Assembly (NCBI GenBank): GCA_012295275.1
Contig: CM022676.1
Span: 4,340,001-4,404,000, forward strand
Reading direction: 5' to 3'
DNA length: 64,000 nt
Source of the DNA: Chrysomallon squamiferum
Taxonomy: Eukaryota > Animalia > Mollusca
The notes below the pieces were generated by a model. It saw only the letters and a list, made by a program, of their open reading frames with translations, did no database searches and had not been told where the DNA came from. Both the position numbers and the translations under genes were made by a program. Of this stretch, positions 15,811 through 41,792 are shown piece after piece. Position 1 is the stretch's first letter. The number at the start of each line of letters is the position of its first letter.

Positions 15811-17848
15811 TATATGTTCGGATAACAAAATTTCCTTTTATATGTGTGTGTGTGTGTGTATGTGTGCATGTAAGTAAGTGTGCATGTCCATTTTTAATCA
15901 ACAGAAATCTTTGCTGCATAGAAAAAGGGCGGCCATTTTGAATTGTGGCGAGACCTACGCAACATCTTTGCCAAGTTTTGTTTCTTACGTCATGACATCA
16001 CGTGGTCAGTGTTATTGTTGTATGTTCTGACCCTACCACTCTGTTTAAAACCAGTGATGCATGAAAAAAGACGAACTAACGATATAACCTAAAGCACATG
16101 AGAATCTTTCTGTGAAGTCATTAAGTAGCATACTCTTTCTATTGTGTGTGTTTTTCTTTGTGTGCGTGTGTGTGTGCGTGTGTGTGTATATATATATATA
16201 TATCTGTTTGTGGGTAGGTATACTATACCTATGTATGTGCATGTTTGGGTATCAGTGTATGCTATATATATATACATGTGTGTGTATGAGCGTGTTTACG
16301 TGTATATATATATGTGTGTGTGTGTGTGTATATATCTCTGTGTTTACATATATATACATACATACACAGACATAATTGCACACACACATATATTTAATGT
16401 TAAAAAATATATAGATATAGATATATATAGCATGTACATATGTTGTATGTATATAATATTTATGAGCGTAGGCAGGTAGGTGGTATATGTGCATGTTCGG
16501 ATATCAGTGTATGCTTGTATATGTGTATACATACATACCTATATATACCTGTGTGTGTGTGTGTGTAAGTAAGTGTGCGTGTGCATTTTTTGTAATTAGA
16601 AATCTTTGCTGCATAGATAAAGGTCGGCCATTTTGAATTGTGGCGTAACCTACGCAACATGGATGTTTGCCAAGGTTTGTTTCTTACTTTATGACAAGAC
16701 TTCGTCAGTTTTATTCTTGTATGTTGGGACTCTACCACTCTGTTTAAAACCAGTCATGGATGGAAAAAGTCGAACAAAAGATTTGACGCAAAACACATGA
16801 TACTCTTTCTGTCAAGTCATTGAGTAGCATACTCTTTCTATTGTGTTCCGTTTATACTCCAATATGTGTCTGTGTGTGTATTTATGTGTGTAGGGGTGTG
16901 TAGCTGTGTGTGTGTATGTGTGTAGGTGTGTGTGTAGGTGTGTGTGTGTTATTATTGTTGTGGTTTTGTTATTATTATTATGCTTGCTTTGTTACATATT
17001 TTTATATTGTATTACATTATGTTACACGTCGTTACGTTACGTTGTGTAGTGTACTGTCATATTATTATATATTATGTTCGTATCAATGTATGTGTGCGTG
17101 TGTTTGTATATATATATATATATATCTGTGTGTATGTATAATATACCTATGTATGTGTATACGTGTCTATCTACCTATATATAATTATGTCCCTTGACTG
17201 TTTTCCTGTTCTAACTCCTTACCCAAAATTCGGTTAACCGATCTTCTGTCATTTCGTTAGACATACGTTCTTTTATTTACTTTTTTTTTTTTTTTTTATT
17301 CATGTCCGAGTGTACTTATGTACGTTTATAAGTATGTGTGAAGATATTTTACAATACGGGTGTATGTATTTCCATATTTGCATTTATACACATATATATA
17401 TAGACATGTAGTTAAGTATTTATGTATGTATATATCTGTATATATATATATATATACACCTACATGTATATATATATATGGTATATGTTCGGATAACAAA
17501 ACATTTCCTTCTATATGTGTTTGTGTGTGTGTATATAGTGTGCATGTAAGTATATATGTGTGTATGTGTGCATTTTCATTTTTAATCAACAGAAATCTTT
17601 GCTGCATAGAAAATGGGCGACCATTTTGAATTGTGGCGTCACCTACGCAACATCTTTGCCAAGATTTCTTTCTTACGTCATGACATCTCGTGGTCAGTGT
17701 TATTGTTGTATGTTCTGACCCTACCACTCTGTTTAAAACCAGTGATGCATGAAAAAAGACGAACTAACGATATAACCTAAAGCACATGACACTCTTTCTG
17801 TGAAGTCATTAAGTAGCATACTCTTTCTATTGTGAGTGCTTTTCTGTG

Positions 17849-17891
<43 letters not shown>

Positions 17892-17992
17892 CTGTTTGTG
17901 GGTAGGTATACTATACCTATGTGTGTGCATGTTTGGGTATCAGTGTATGCTATATATATACATGTGTGTGTATGTGTCTGTTTCCATATATA

Positions 17993-18041
<49 letters not shown>

Positions 18042-18759
18042 GTAAGTGTGCGTGAGCATTTTTTGTAATTAGAAATCTTTGCTGCATAGATAAAGGGCGG
18101 CCATTTTGAATTGTGTCGTAACCTAGACAACATGGATGTTTGCCAAGGTTTGTTTCTTACTTTATGACAAGACTTCGTCAATTTTATTTTGGTATGTTGT
18201 AACTCTACCACTCTTTTCAAAACCAGTCATGGATGGAAAAAGTCGAACAAAAGATTTAACGCAAAATACATAATAATCTTTCTGTCAAGTCACTGAGTAG
18301 CATACTCTTTCTATTCTGTTCGGTTTATACTCCAATATGTGTGTGTGTGTGTATGTCTGTGTGTAGGGGTGTGTAGGTGTGTGTGTGTGTATGTGTGTTG
18401 GTGTGTGTGTGTAGGTGTGTGTGTGTTATTGTTGTTGTGGTTTTGTTATTATTATTATGCTTGCTTTGTTTCATATTTTTATATTGTATTACATTATGTT
18501 ACACGTCGTTACGTTACGTTGTGTAGTGTACTGTCATATTATTATATATTATGTACGTACGAATGTATGTGTGTGTGTGTTTGTATATATATATATATAT
18601 ATATATTTATTTGTATGTATGTATAATATACCTATGTATGTGTATACGTATCTATCTGCCTATATATAATTATGTCGCTTGACTGTTTCCCTGTTCTAAC
18701 TCCTTACCCAAAATTCGGTTAACCGATCTTCTGTCATTTCGTTAGACATACGGTCTTTT

Positions 18760-18790
<31 letters not shown>

Positions 18791-18922
18791 CATGTCCGAG
18801 TGTATTTATGTACGTTTATAAGTATGTGTGAAGATATTTTACAATACGGGTGTATATATTTCCATATTTACATTTATACACATATATATAGACATGTAGT
18901 TAAGTGTATAGGTATGTATATA

Positions 18923-19007
<85 letters not shown>

Positions 19008-19067
19008 GTATGTATATATAAATATATATATGTATGTATGTACGTGTGAATGTATGTATGAAAACAC

Positions 19068-19120
<53 letters not shown>

Positions 19121-19942
19121 TGTAGGTAGGTGGTATATGTTCGGATAACAAAATTTCCTTTTATATGTGTGTGTGTGTGTGTATGTGTGCATGTAAGTAA
19201 GTGTGCATGTGCATTTTTAATCAACAGAAATCTTTGCTGCATAGAAAAAGGGCGGCCATTTTGAATTTTGGCGTGACCTACGCAACATCTTTGCCAAGTT
19301 TTGTTTCTTACGTCATGACATCACGTGGTCAGTGTTATTGTTGTATGTTCTGACCCTACCACTCTGTTTAAAACCAGTGATCCATGAAAACAGACGAACT
19401 AAAGATATAACCTAAAGCACATGACACTCTTTCTGTGAAGTCATTGAGTAGCATACTCTTTCTATTGTGTGTGTTTTTCTGTGTGTGCGCGTGTGTGTGT
19501 GTGTGTATGTGTGTATATATATATATATGTTTGTGGGTAGGTATACTATACCTATGTATGTGCATGTTTGGGTATCAGTGTATGCTTGTATATGTGTATA
19601 CATACATACCTATATATATGTGTGTGTGTGTGTGTAAGTAAGTGTGCGTGTGCATTTTTTGTAATTAGAAATCTTTGCTGCATAAATAAAGGGGCGGCCA
19701 TTTTGAATTGTGTCGTAACCTAGGCAACATGGATGTTTGCCAACGTTTGTTTCTTACTTTATGACAAGACTTCGTCAGTTTTATTTTTATATGTTGGGAC
19801 TCTACCACTCTGTTTAAAACCAGTCATGGGTGGAAAAAATCGAACAAAAGATTTAATGCAAAACACATGATACTCTTTCTGTCAAGTCATTGAGTAGCAT
19901 ACTCTTTCAATTGTGTGTGTGTTTCTCTCTGTGTGTGTGTGT

Positions 19943-19990
<48 letters not shown>

Positions 19991-20068
19991 CTGTTTTTGG
20001 GTAGGTACACTATACCTATGTATGTGCATACCTATATATATATATATTTATTTACTTATTTATTTATT

Positions 20069-20117
<49 letters not shown>

Positions 20118-22671
20118 TTTATTATGTCCCTTGCCTGTTTTCCTGTTCTGAATGGTTGCCCACAATAGGTTTAACCCATGTTCTGTCATTTCGTTAGGCG
20201 TACGTTCTTATATACGGAATTATATATTCAGTGATTGGTAGACAGATGGATGGATGTGTGGATTCAGTGAAGTAAAGAAAGAAAGAAAAATCAGACAGAG
20301 AACAGATAAATAGAGAATAACAGAAAAGAAAAGAGACGTGTCTAAAACCAGAATCGTGGAAATACAAAAATCGATGGAGAAAGCTTGTTATAAACAATGA
20401 CACACAAAGAGACGAACACATTTGAAAGACAAAGAGAAACATTACTTTCTTATTGTGTACGAAGGGAAAGAATAAAATATAGCAGAGAACTGGAAAATGT
20501 ATTTATTACGTCAACGAAAAATATCTTTGTGATCACGAACACAGAAACAAACCAGCTATATGATAAAGAAAGACAGCATAATGAGCAGAAAAATAGTACA
20601 CACTAGTTTAGTAGTTACATCAGTTCCCTTCATTACGTCCCTTGTCCTGTTTCCCGTTCTAAATGCTTGCTCACAGTTCCTTTAACCCATTTTCTCTCAT
20701 TTCGATCTTTGTTACATAAGCAAAAATTCCCCATAAAATCTAACAGTACAGAGAAAGACATTTAACAGGAAACATGCAGACGCAGAAACATAGTTCAAAA
20801 AAAAAAAAAAAAAAAAAAAAAGATTAAATCTAGTCCAAGCCGATTATTACAATATCAAAAAAAAAAAAAGAAAAAAAAAGATTCGTACTCCCGAAATCTC
20901 CACAAACTTTTACAAAATCATCACATAGAATTTTACTTCACTCAATTTAAATAGACAATAAAAATATGAATAGCTCACAAGTATCACAAAAAAAGAGAAC
21001 AGCTTGGATAGATATGGTTTACCAAGCCGTGGAAAGAAAACTTGTTAGTATAAAAGAAAATCTGACATTGTCAGCCAGGAATTTCATTTCTCATGTTACT
21101 GTTATACAAGAAAATAAAGACTTTCATGACGTCAAGGATCTTACATCTGAGGAAATATAAAAAATTAAAAGATGAAACATGCGAATGATACCAGTGTTAC
21201 TGAGACCCATCAAATGTTTTGTTTTTGTTTATGTATACGTGTGTAAATATTTTAGTTTTACGTCATAAATCTCCCGAAGTTTTCTCATAGTTAGAGTCAC
21301 AATTCACAAAATGGTAATGAATGGTAATATATAATTCTGTTCTGTGTTCTGCATTTAATTGTATCAGACTATTCCATAATTTATTACATGTATTATTCAA
21401 GGTAAACGGCAGGTAATTAGTAAACGCGCTCAACCGTGTCTTCTGTTGTTTATGCTAGACTATTCTATACGAGAAGCCTGTCATTTGGGACGAATATAAA
21501 ATACATACCTTGTACGTAAATTACACATCCCAGCAACACGAACACACAGAATATCTTACAACTCATTTCCAGTGTTTTAGTTTTAACTGCCGTTAATAAA
21601 AATATAGTTTCTTTCTTTTCTTGACTGCTTTCTCGATTTTACTGCTCTCAAGGTAAAAGCTGTTTTCGACGCCTTCTTGTTGTAATTTATTCTGGTAACT
21701 TATGACGTTTACTTCCTGTGTCAGACAAAACGTGACCAAAAGTCTCATTGGCTCTGCATATTTATTAATAAACTAAATCCACTCGATTGAATCAGAAAAA
21801 ATACCTAATGCAGCCTGAGATATAACATACAGAGTTGTATTTTGAATAGTTAATTCTTCTTAGTAGGTTATTTCTTCTTCTTCGTTTTCTTTTTATTTTC
21901 ATTTATTTTTTGTATTTATTTATATTTTGGTTTTAGCTTATTTTACTTTTTTTTGTATTTATGTACATTTATAAGTATGTGTGAAGGTATTTCATCCTAG
22001 CAGGTGTACGTATTTCGATATTTGCATTTATACATATATGTAAATACAGATGTAGTTAAGTACGTATATATGTATGTATATATCTCTGTATATATATGTA
22101 TGAATGGGTGTATATGTGTGTGTGTGTATGTCTGTGTTTACATATATATACATATATACACAAACATACTTGCACACACACATATATTTAATGTTAAAAT
22201 ATATATATATATAGATATATATATTGCATGTACATATGTTGTATGTATATAATATTTATGAGCGTAGGCAGGTAGATGTTATATGTGCATGTTCGGGTAT
22301 CAGTGTATGCTTGTATATGTGCATACATACATACCTATATATATATATGTGTGTGTGTGTGTATGTGTGTGTGTGTGTAAGTAAGTGTGCGTGTGCATTT
22401 TTTGTAATCAGAAATCTTTGCTGCATAGATAAAGGGCGGCCATTTTGAATTGTGGCGTAACCTAGGCAACATGGAAGTTTGCCAAGGTTTGTTTCTTACT
22501 TTATGAGAAGACTTCGTCAGTATTATTGTTGTATGTTGTGACTCTACCACTCTGTTTAAAACCAGCCATGGATGGAAAAAGTCGAACAAAAGATTTAACA
22601 AAACACATGATACTCTTTCTGTCAAGTCATTGAGTAGCATACTCTTTCTATTGTGTTCGGTTCATACTTAA

Positions 22672-22708
<37 letters not shown>

Positions 22709-23480
22709 TGCTGTATGTTATTATTGTTGTTGTTTTGTTATTATTATTGTTGTTTTGTTATTATTATTATGCTTGCTTTATTATATATTTTTATACTATA
22801 TTACGTTATGTTACATTGCGTAACGTTAGGCTGTATAGTGTACTGTCATATTCTGATATATTATACGTATGAATATGTGTGCGTGTGTGTAATTATATAT
22901 TCAGAGACAGTGATTGGGTAGAAAGATGGATCGATGTATTGATACAGGGAAGTAAAGAAAGAAAGAACAATCAGACAAAGTAACAGATAAATTGAGAATA
23001 AGAGAAACGAAAAGAGAGGTGTATAAAATCAGAATTTTCAAGTACAAAAATCGATGGAGAAAGCTTTTTATAAACAAAGACACACAAACAGACTAACACA
23101 TTTGAAAGACAAAGAGAAAGATTACTTTCTTATTGTGTACAAAGGGAAAGAATAAAATACAGCAACGAACTGGAAAATGAATTTATTATGTCAACGAAAA
23201 AATCTTTCTGATCACGAACACGGAAAGAAACCTGCTAATATGACAAAGAAACATGACATAAGGAGCAGAGAAATAGCACACACTGGTTTAGTTCTTAAAT
23301 CAGTTCCCTTCATTACGTCCCTTGTCCTGTTTCCAGTTCTAAATGATTGTTCACAGTTGCTTTAACCCATTTTCTATCATTTCGGTCTTTTTTTACATAA
23401 GCAACAATTCACAATAAAATCTAACAGTACAGAGAAAGACACTTAACAGGAAACATGCACACACAGAAACATTGTTTAAA
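4043..23480 (+). repeat. Gap-bounded complex tandem array: ~16 copies of a ~270-bp core module (two alternating subtypes) with (TA)/(TG) spacers, plus three gene-less flank cassettes
   Basis: Core AGAAATCTTTGCTGCATAGA..GGGCGGCCATTTTGAATTGTGGCG..GAGTAGCATACTCTTTCTATTGTG recurs near 4400, 6440, 7150, 9170, 9820, 10440, 11580, 14330, 14780, 15900, 16600, 17590, 18070, 19230, 19670 and 22410. Confidence 0.9.
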
Positions 23481-23680
23481 NNNNNNNNNNNNNNNNNNNN
23501 NNNNNNNNNNNNNNNNNNNNNNNNNNNNNNNNNNNNNNNNNNNNNNNNNNNNNNNNNNNNNNNNNNNNNNNNNNNNNNNNNNNNNNNNNNNNNNNNNNNN
23601 NNNNNNNNNNNNNNNNNNNNNNNNNNNNNNNNNNNNNNNNNNNNNNNNNNNNNNNNNNNNNNNNNNNNNNNNNNNNNNNN
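23481..23680. other. Assembly gap (200 N)
   Basis: N run. Confidence 1.
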
Positions 23681-24229
23681 GAAATGGATGATATATGATA
23701 CACTGCATAGCTATGTTGTTGACCAGAACAATAAATAAATAAATAATAATAATAAAATCCACATACAATATTTTCACTTGCACCGTTCAAATATCTGTTT
23801 CCCTGTTATAATGAATCGACTTGTGGCTGACATTCTGATTTAGAATTACTGTTGTACGCCTTCGGTATTTTTTGCACACTTCTTTTATAACAAAGAAAAG
23901 AAACTGAAGAACTGGGGTAGAGAAAAATACAAATTAACTGATGTAATCATTTGTATCTGTACACCTTTACAACTTTTAACACAGATGTGTTAGTAAAATA
24001 TGGCTTTGAATAAATTAGGAAATTTATCTCTGTTGTACTGAAAAGTTTAATTGTTTTTTCTTTCTTTTACCCTCTTTTGAAACTTCTAGAACTGTACTTG
24101 CAGATGTAAATCGTTGATTTTACATGTTATCCAGCCTTAAAAGGAACTGAGGAAGAGGAATCATTATATAAAAAATAAAAAATAAATAAAAAACAAGAAA
24201 AAAAAAACAAGATTGCTTATTCTTGCTTG

Positions 24230-25104
24230 TGTAACAATCACTGAAATGATAGAAAATGGGTTAAAGGAATTTGTGAACAAGCAGTTAGAACGGGAAATAG
24301 GACAAGGGATGTAATGAAGGGAACTGATGTAATTACTAAACTAGTGTGTACTATTTCTCTGCTCATTATATTATCTTTCTTTATATTAGCAGGATTCATT
24401 CTGTGCTCGTGATTACAAAGATTTTTATCGTTGATATAATACATACATTTTCCAGTTCTCTGCTATATTTTATTCTTTCCCTTCGTACACAATAAGTAAA
24501 GTAAAGTTTCTCTTTGTTTTTCAAACGTGTTCGTCTGTTTGTGTGTCTTTGTTTATAACAAGCTTTCTCCATCGATTTTTATATTTCAACCATTCTGATT
24601 TTACACACCTCTCTTTTCGTTCCTATTATTCTCAATTTACCTGTTACTCTGTCTGATTGTTCTTTCTTTCTTTACTTGACTGTATCCACACATCCATCCA
24701 TCTGTCTACCCAGTCACTGTCTCTGAATATATAATTACGTATATAAGAACGTATGACTGACGAAACGACAGAATATGAGCTAAACGTATTGTGGGCAAGG
24801 AGTTAGAACAGGAAAACAGATAAGGGACATAATAAAGGGAAGTTACATAACTACTAAACGTATGTGTGTGTGTGTACGCATACACTTACATATGTGTAGT
24901 ATACATACACACAAACATATATATCTATATATATACACACGCACACACACATATACATTCATACGTACATATATATCATTATATGACAGTACACTACACA
25001 GCGTAACGTAAGGCAAGGTAACATAATGTAATATAGTATAAAAATATGTAATAAAGGAAGCCTAATAATAATAACAGAATAACACCAATTATAACAGACA
25101 CACA

Positions 25105-25145
<41 letters not shown>

Positions 25146-25817
25146 TGCAGTATAAACCGAACACAATAGAAAGAGTATGCTACACTATAGCGTGACAAAA
25201 TAAAGAATATTATGTGTTTTGGGTTTAATTTTTGTTCCTCTTTTCCCATCCATGACTGGTTTTGAACAGAGTGGTAGAGTTACAACAGACCAAGTCATGT
25301 CATGACGTAAGAAACAAAATTTGGCAAACATCCATGTTGTCTAGGTCACGCGATATTTCAAAATGGCCGCCCTTTTTCAATGCAGCAAAGATTTCTATTC
25401 ATTAAAAATGAACACGCACGCTTAGTTACATTCATACAGACACACACACACACACACACATATATATACGTACATTGACAGCCGAACATATACCACCTAC
25501 CTACATGTATATATATTTATATATATACGTATATACATCTATATTTTTTATATTTAAATATTATATATATATATATATATAAATATATATATATTTGTAT
25601 GTATGAATGTATGTATGGAAATACAGACATATTCACACATACTTACATATATACATATACAGATATATACATACATCCATATATACTTAACTCAATGTCT
25701 ATATATATGTGTATAAATGCAAATATGGAAATACATACATGCGTATGGTAAAATATATTCACAAATACTTATAAAGGTACATAAATATACTGGGACATCA
25801 GTAAAAAAAATATAATA

Positions 25818-25854
<37 letters not shown>

Positions 25855-26345
25855 AAACTAAGATAAAAAGAAAACAAAGAAGAAGAAATAACACTCTAAA
25901 CAGAATTAACTATTCAAAATACAACGCTATATGTTATACCTCATATTGCATTATGTATTTTTCTGATTCAATAGAGTGGATTTAGTTTATTAATAAATAT
26001 GCAGAGCCAATGAGACTAGCGTCAATATTGTGTATGAAGCAGGATGTAAATCTAATATGTTACCAGAATAAAGTTTATTAATACATATGCAGAACCAACA
26101 ACACTTGTGTTCATATTGTGTATGAAGCAGAAAGGAAACCAGATACGTTACTAGAATAAAATACAACAAGAAGGGATCGAAAACTGCTTTTACATTAACA
26201 GCAGTAAAATCCAGAAAGCAGTGAAGAAAAGAAAGTAACTATATTTTTATTAACGTCAGTTAAAACTAAAATAGTGGAAATGAGTTGTAAGTTATTCTGT
26301 GTGTTCGTGTTGCTGGGATGTGTATTGTACGTACAAGGTATGTAT
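24230..26345 (-). repeat. Reverse-oriented copy of the intergenic repeat unit upstream of G2
   Basis: Reverse complement of blocks in 4.4-6.1 kb; one core module at ~25180-25400. Confidence 0.85.
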
Positions 26346-26652
26346 TTCATATTGCTTCAAAGTTATGTTTCCTTGACTAATCTTAAAAATATATGCGTAA
26401 TTGTGTGATTTGAATTTTTGAAACATATCTGTATTAAAACACGTGACAGTAACATAACATAACATAACAACATGACGGTCCATAACAGAGTGTAAAGTAA
26501 CGTAACGTAATGCAACATAATTATGGAATAAAGTATAAATAAATAATAAATAAATAAATTAATAAAAATAACACAAAAACGTAACAAGAATGTAATTATA
26601 AAAAATTAATTTAGTTTTATTTAATTTTTTTTTAAATTATTTTTGATTTTAG

Positions 26653-26964
26653 GTCTGCATTACAATTTAACAACATCAGAGAGATATGCAGTTTGTGGAT
26701 CACCTTTTACTTTTACTTGCCAGAGAGATTTTCATTTTTTTGTAATAAACTGGTTTGAGAATAACACAATATACAGGATGAGTAATGTAGATGGACACGG
26801 TCAGTGTCATTTTCATAATGAACATCCAGAAGAATACACTTTTAACTGTTCAAATGATATTAGCACTGTGACAATAAAATCAGTGAAACTCAGTCAACAT
26901 GGAACGGTGTGGAGATGTGGTAATTTTAAACCAGGCAGCAATGAAATAAAACTGGAAGTGAGAG
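26653..26964 (+). CDS. G2 V-like Ig exon (GLHYNLTTSERYAVCGSPFTFTCQRDFHFFVINW...HGTVWRCGNFKPGSNEIKLEVR)
   Basis: ttttag acceptor, gtaaaa donor, 312 nt open, phase 1-1; C...W...WxC Ig core plus an extra Cys pair; four paralogous exons in the window. Confidence 0.85.
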
Positions 26965-27295
26965 GTAAAATTTAGTTTCATTATTATCATCCTACGAAAT
27001 ATTAATCATGACAAAACAATAAACTAAATAAATCAGCAAACGTATTAGCAAAATAAATATAAATAAATAAATAAATAACAAAATAAATAAATAGTAGTGA
27101 CATTAGTAATAATTATAATATCATCAGCTACAACTGAAACACTGCACTATCACCATCATTTCGACGACAACATCCAAAGCTAACAATACGATCAACCCAC
27201 AATTTCTACTGTGAGAAAGATTAAACAAAACTATGAAGACAGTGATGATGAAGCTGCCGATAATGATGATCATGTTGATAATGTTCTTTTCTCAG

Positions 27296-27370
27296 GTTGT
27301 CCTGAAACATCACCCAAGCTGAATACTTCATCTGTTGTGACTGCTGTTGAAGGAAGTGACTGCTTTGGAA
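27296..27370 (+). CDS. G2 stalk mini-exon derived from type-B Ig exon (GCPETSPKLNTSSVVTAVEGSDCFG)
   Basis: ctcag acceptor, gtaaga donor, 75 nt, phase 1-1, in frame; second copy at 46694. Confidence 0.55.
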
Positions 27371-27898
27371 GTAAGAAACTAATTATAGTAAAAATAAAAA
27401 TGATAAAGTAAACAAATAACTTAGTATTTATTAGAGGTTTATGCTTCAAATATCAGACAATCAATTATAAATGTTTACGTGCGAATATCAAGTCTGTAGA
27501 ATGGCTTAGACAGACGGACTCCGTCAACGTATTAGATCACGTACATGATGTACGATACGTGTCACGTACGTAACTCATCTTCAGTTTAGCTTCGACGTAT
27601 AACCAAGGATCATTCGCGGTTTTTTTTACGTTTTTTTTTAATTTATTTTATTTTGAATTTAATTTTGAATACAGATCATAAATAGTTATAAAAAAGCTAT
27701 TCAGAGAGATTCAGAGAGAGAGAGAGAGAGAGATATGGATGCATGCATCAGAAATGATAGAGAAATATTAAAATCTAAATTATTTTTGGAAGTATCTTTC
27801 TTTTCTCTTTTTGACAAACATTTTTTCACCCTTAACTTATTTTGAGTTCCATATAATAACGTAATCTCACGTTTTTATTTTCTTTACTGAATTTTCAG

Positions 27899-28015
27899 GC
27901 CCTGTAGAAGATAATGATCAGTTTGGAAAAGGATTTGGCAGCGGTTTTGGGACATTTTTCGTTCTGTCTGTTATCATAGTCATCATCGTTTTCCTCTGCT
28001 TCCGATACAAAAGAA
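27899..28015 (+). CDS. G2 transmembrane exon (PVEDNDQFGKGFGSGFGTFFVLSVIIVIIVFLCFRYKR)
   Basis: ttttcag acceptor, gtattt donor, 117 nt, phase 1-1; hydrophobic helix followed by basic stop-transfer residues. Confidence 0.85.
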
Positions 28016-28211
28016 GTATTTATTGATTTGTTTGTTTATTTATTTGTTTGTTTGTTTCCTTCTTTCTTTCTTTCTTTGTTTCTTCTTAATTGATTATTTT
28101 TATTTTATTTTCTAATATAATATACAGAGACACACATTAGCACGATTATTGTTTTCTTCGCAGATCACAATTATTAAATATAAGAAAACATAATTGAATT
28201 CCATATTTCAG

Positions 28212-28316
28212 AAAATCACACTGCAGCAGCAGCAGAACTTCAAGATTCAGAGAATTCATATTCTTCTCTAGACGAAAGACGATATGAGTTTACATATGAC
28301 GTCTTAATACCTGATG
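28212..28316 (+). CDS. G2 cytoplasmic ITAM-like exon (NHTAAAAELQDSENSYSSLDERRYEFTYDVLIPD)
   Basis: tttcag acceptor, gtaaga donor, 105 nt, phase 1-1; YxxL-x8-YxxL. Confidence 0.8.
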
Positions 28317-28778
28317 GTAAGAGAACTGATATTAATTAATGATAAAGAAGAAAACCAGTATTGTTTGTTAACCATACGCTTATTCAGACACTTCCAGGAA
28401 AACAGAAACAAGAGAGATAGATAGATAGATGGATAGATAGATAAATAGATAGATAGATAGATGGACAGATAGATAGATAGATAGATATTTCTTTTCCGGT
28501 GATTAATCATACATACATAAGCTGAATCACTTTTCAGAAATGTTTCGGAATTTTCTGAATTTTTGGATTTTCTATTTGATGAGATAGCGTTAAAATAGAA
28601 ACATTCTAAATATTAATTCCATTTATCTTTCATATACAGCTTAACTAAATAGTTATTTTTTGTGGTGTTTGTGTGTTTATATATATATATATGTACATAC
28701 ACACACGTTAGCAGGATCATTGTTTTCTTCACACCTCACAAGTTTTTATAGAAACGAAAATTTCATTGCATGTTTCAG

Positions 28779-28825
28779 ATAACCAGACTGCTCCAGCGGA
28801 TGTACAACAAGATACAGAGATGTGA
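28779..28825 (+). CDS. G2 terminal exon (DNQTAPADVQQDTEM*)
   Basis: tttcag acceptor, phase 1, TGA at 28823-28825. Confidence 0.75.
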
Positions 28826-29099
28826 TAAAGATTGAAAATAAACGAAACTGTTGTCATGAATGATAAAGAAGAAAACAAGTTCTATTTGTTAATCATGTAC
28901 TTCTTAAAACTGTTTCAATGAAACCTACAGAATATTAATTTGTTAAAAGTTTTTTTTACTAATATACAAGGACTTCAGTTCCTACAGTGACACCAGATTT
29001 GAACTGTGTAAATAGCTACCTGTGAGAAAAGTTACACATATTTTAATGAGTTGCTAATAGCGAATTTTTAATCATTCATTACCATTGTATGAATTGTGA

Positions 29100-40545
<11,446 letters not shown>

Positions 40546-41215
40546 ACCTTGAATAATACCTGTAATAAATTATGGAATAGTGTGATACAACTAAATACAG
40601 AAAATAGAACAAACTTATATAAAATCAGATTTATTCACAGATTTATTTGTAGATTTATTAATTACATTCACCAGATTATAATTAGGCTCTCCCTTTTGCT
40701 TGTATGAACAGACTGGAGTATACCATTAAATCAGTGAGGGGTGTACAAGATACATGACCGAATAAATAGTTTTGTCTGTCAAGTGGCGTTTCTGCATTAT
40801 AGGCTGTCAGTCTGTCTTTTGAGACGCAACCATTTTATTTGTATCTGAGTTCAATTAATTTAGAAACTATGAAAACTTGACTGAGTCGAAGTTATGTTTC
40901 GTTGACTAATGTGGAAAAATATATATGCGTAATTGTGTGATTTGAATTTTTGAAATATATCTTTATTAAAACATGAGACAATAACAAACCATAATATAAC
41001 ATAACATAACAACATGGCGGTCCATAACAGAGAGTAACGTAACGTAACGTAATGTAACATAATTATGGAATAATGTATATAAGAAACAACAACAAAAAAA
41101 CAACTAAAAAACAACGAAAATAACAGAAAAAAGAAAATAACACCAAAAAGAATGTAATTATAAAAAAATGTATTTAATTTTATTTGAATTGTTCTTTTAT
41201 TATTTTAAAATTTAG

Positions 41216-41521
41216 GTCTGCATTACAGTTTAACAACATCAGAGAAATATGCAATTGTTGGATCACCTTTTACTATTACCTGTCGAGGACATGCTCCTGT
41301 AATTAACTGGTTTGAGAATAACACAATATACAGGATGCGTGCACTAGATGAACACGGTCGCTGTTATTTTCATAGTGAAGATCCAGAAGAATACACTTTT
41401 AACTGTTCAGCTGATATTAACACTGTGACAATAAAATCAGTGAAACTCAGTCAACATGGAACAGTGTGGAAATGTGGTTTTATTTTTTCCCGCAGCAATG
41501 AAATAAAACTGGAAGTGAGAG
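41216..41521 (+). CDS. G3 first V-like Ig exon (GLHYSLTTSEKYAIVGSPFTITCRGHAPVINW...HGTVWKCGFIFSRSNEIKLEVR)
   Basis: tttag acceptor, gtaaaa donor, 306 nt open, phase 1-1. Confidence 0.85.
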
Positions 41522-41706
41522 GTAAAATTCAGTTTCACTATTATCATCCTACGAAATATATACTTTTAATGATGATAATGGTATAACAATAATAAATATG
41601 ATGAAGATGACCATGATGTTGATGATTATTATAATGATGAGGATGACGTTGATAGTAATATTTGATGTATTTATTTATTTATTTCTTCTTCTTCTTCTTC
41701 TTCGTC

Positions 41707-41759
<53 letters not shown>

Positions 41760-41792
41760 ATTATTATTATTATTTTTTTTACTTTTTTACAG

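Noticed and set aside
4400-22660. Repeat-spacer periodicity resembling a CRISPR array
   Set aside because: Units are ~270 bp, the spacers are homologous microsatellite mosaics, there are no cas genes and the context is eukaryotic.
23681-24230. Unique sequence after the second gap
   Set aside because: No credible exon, ORF or terminal repeats found.
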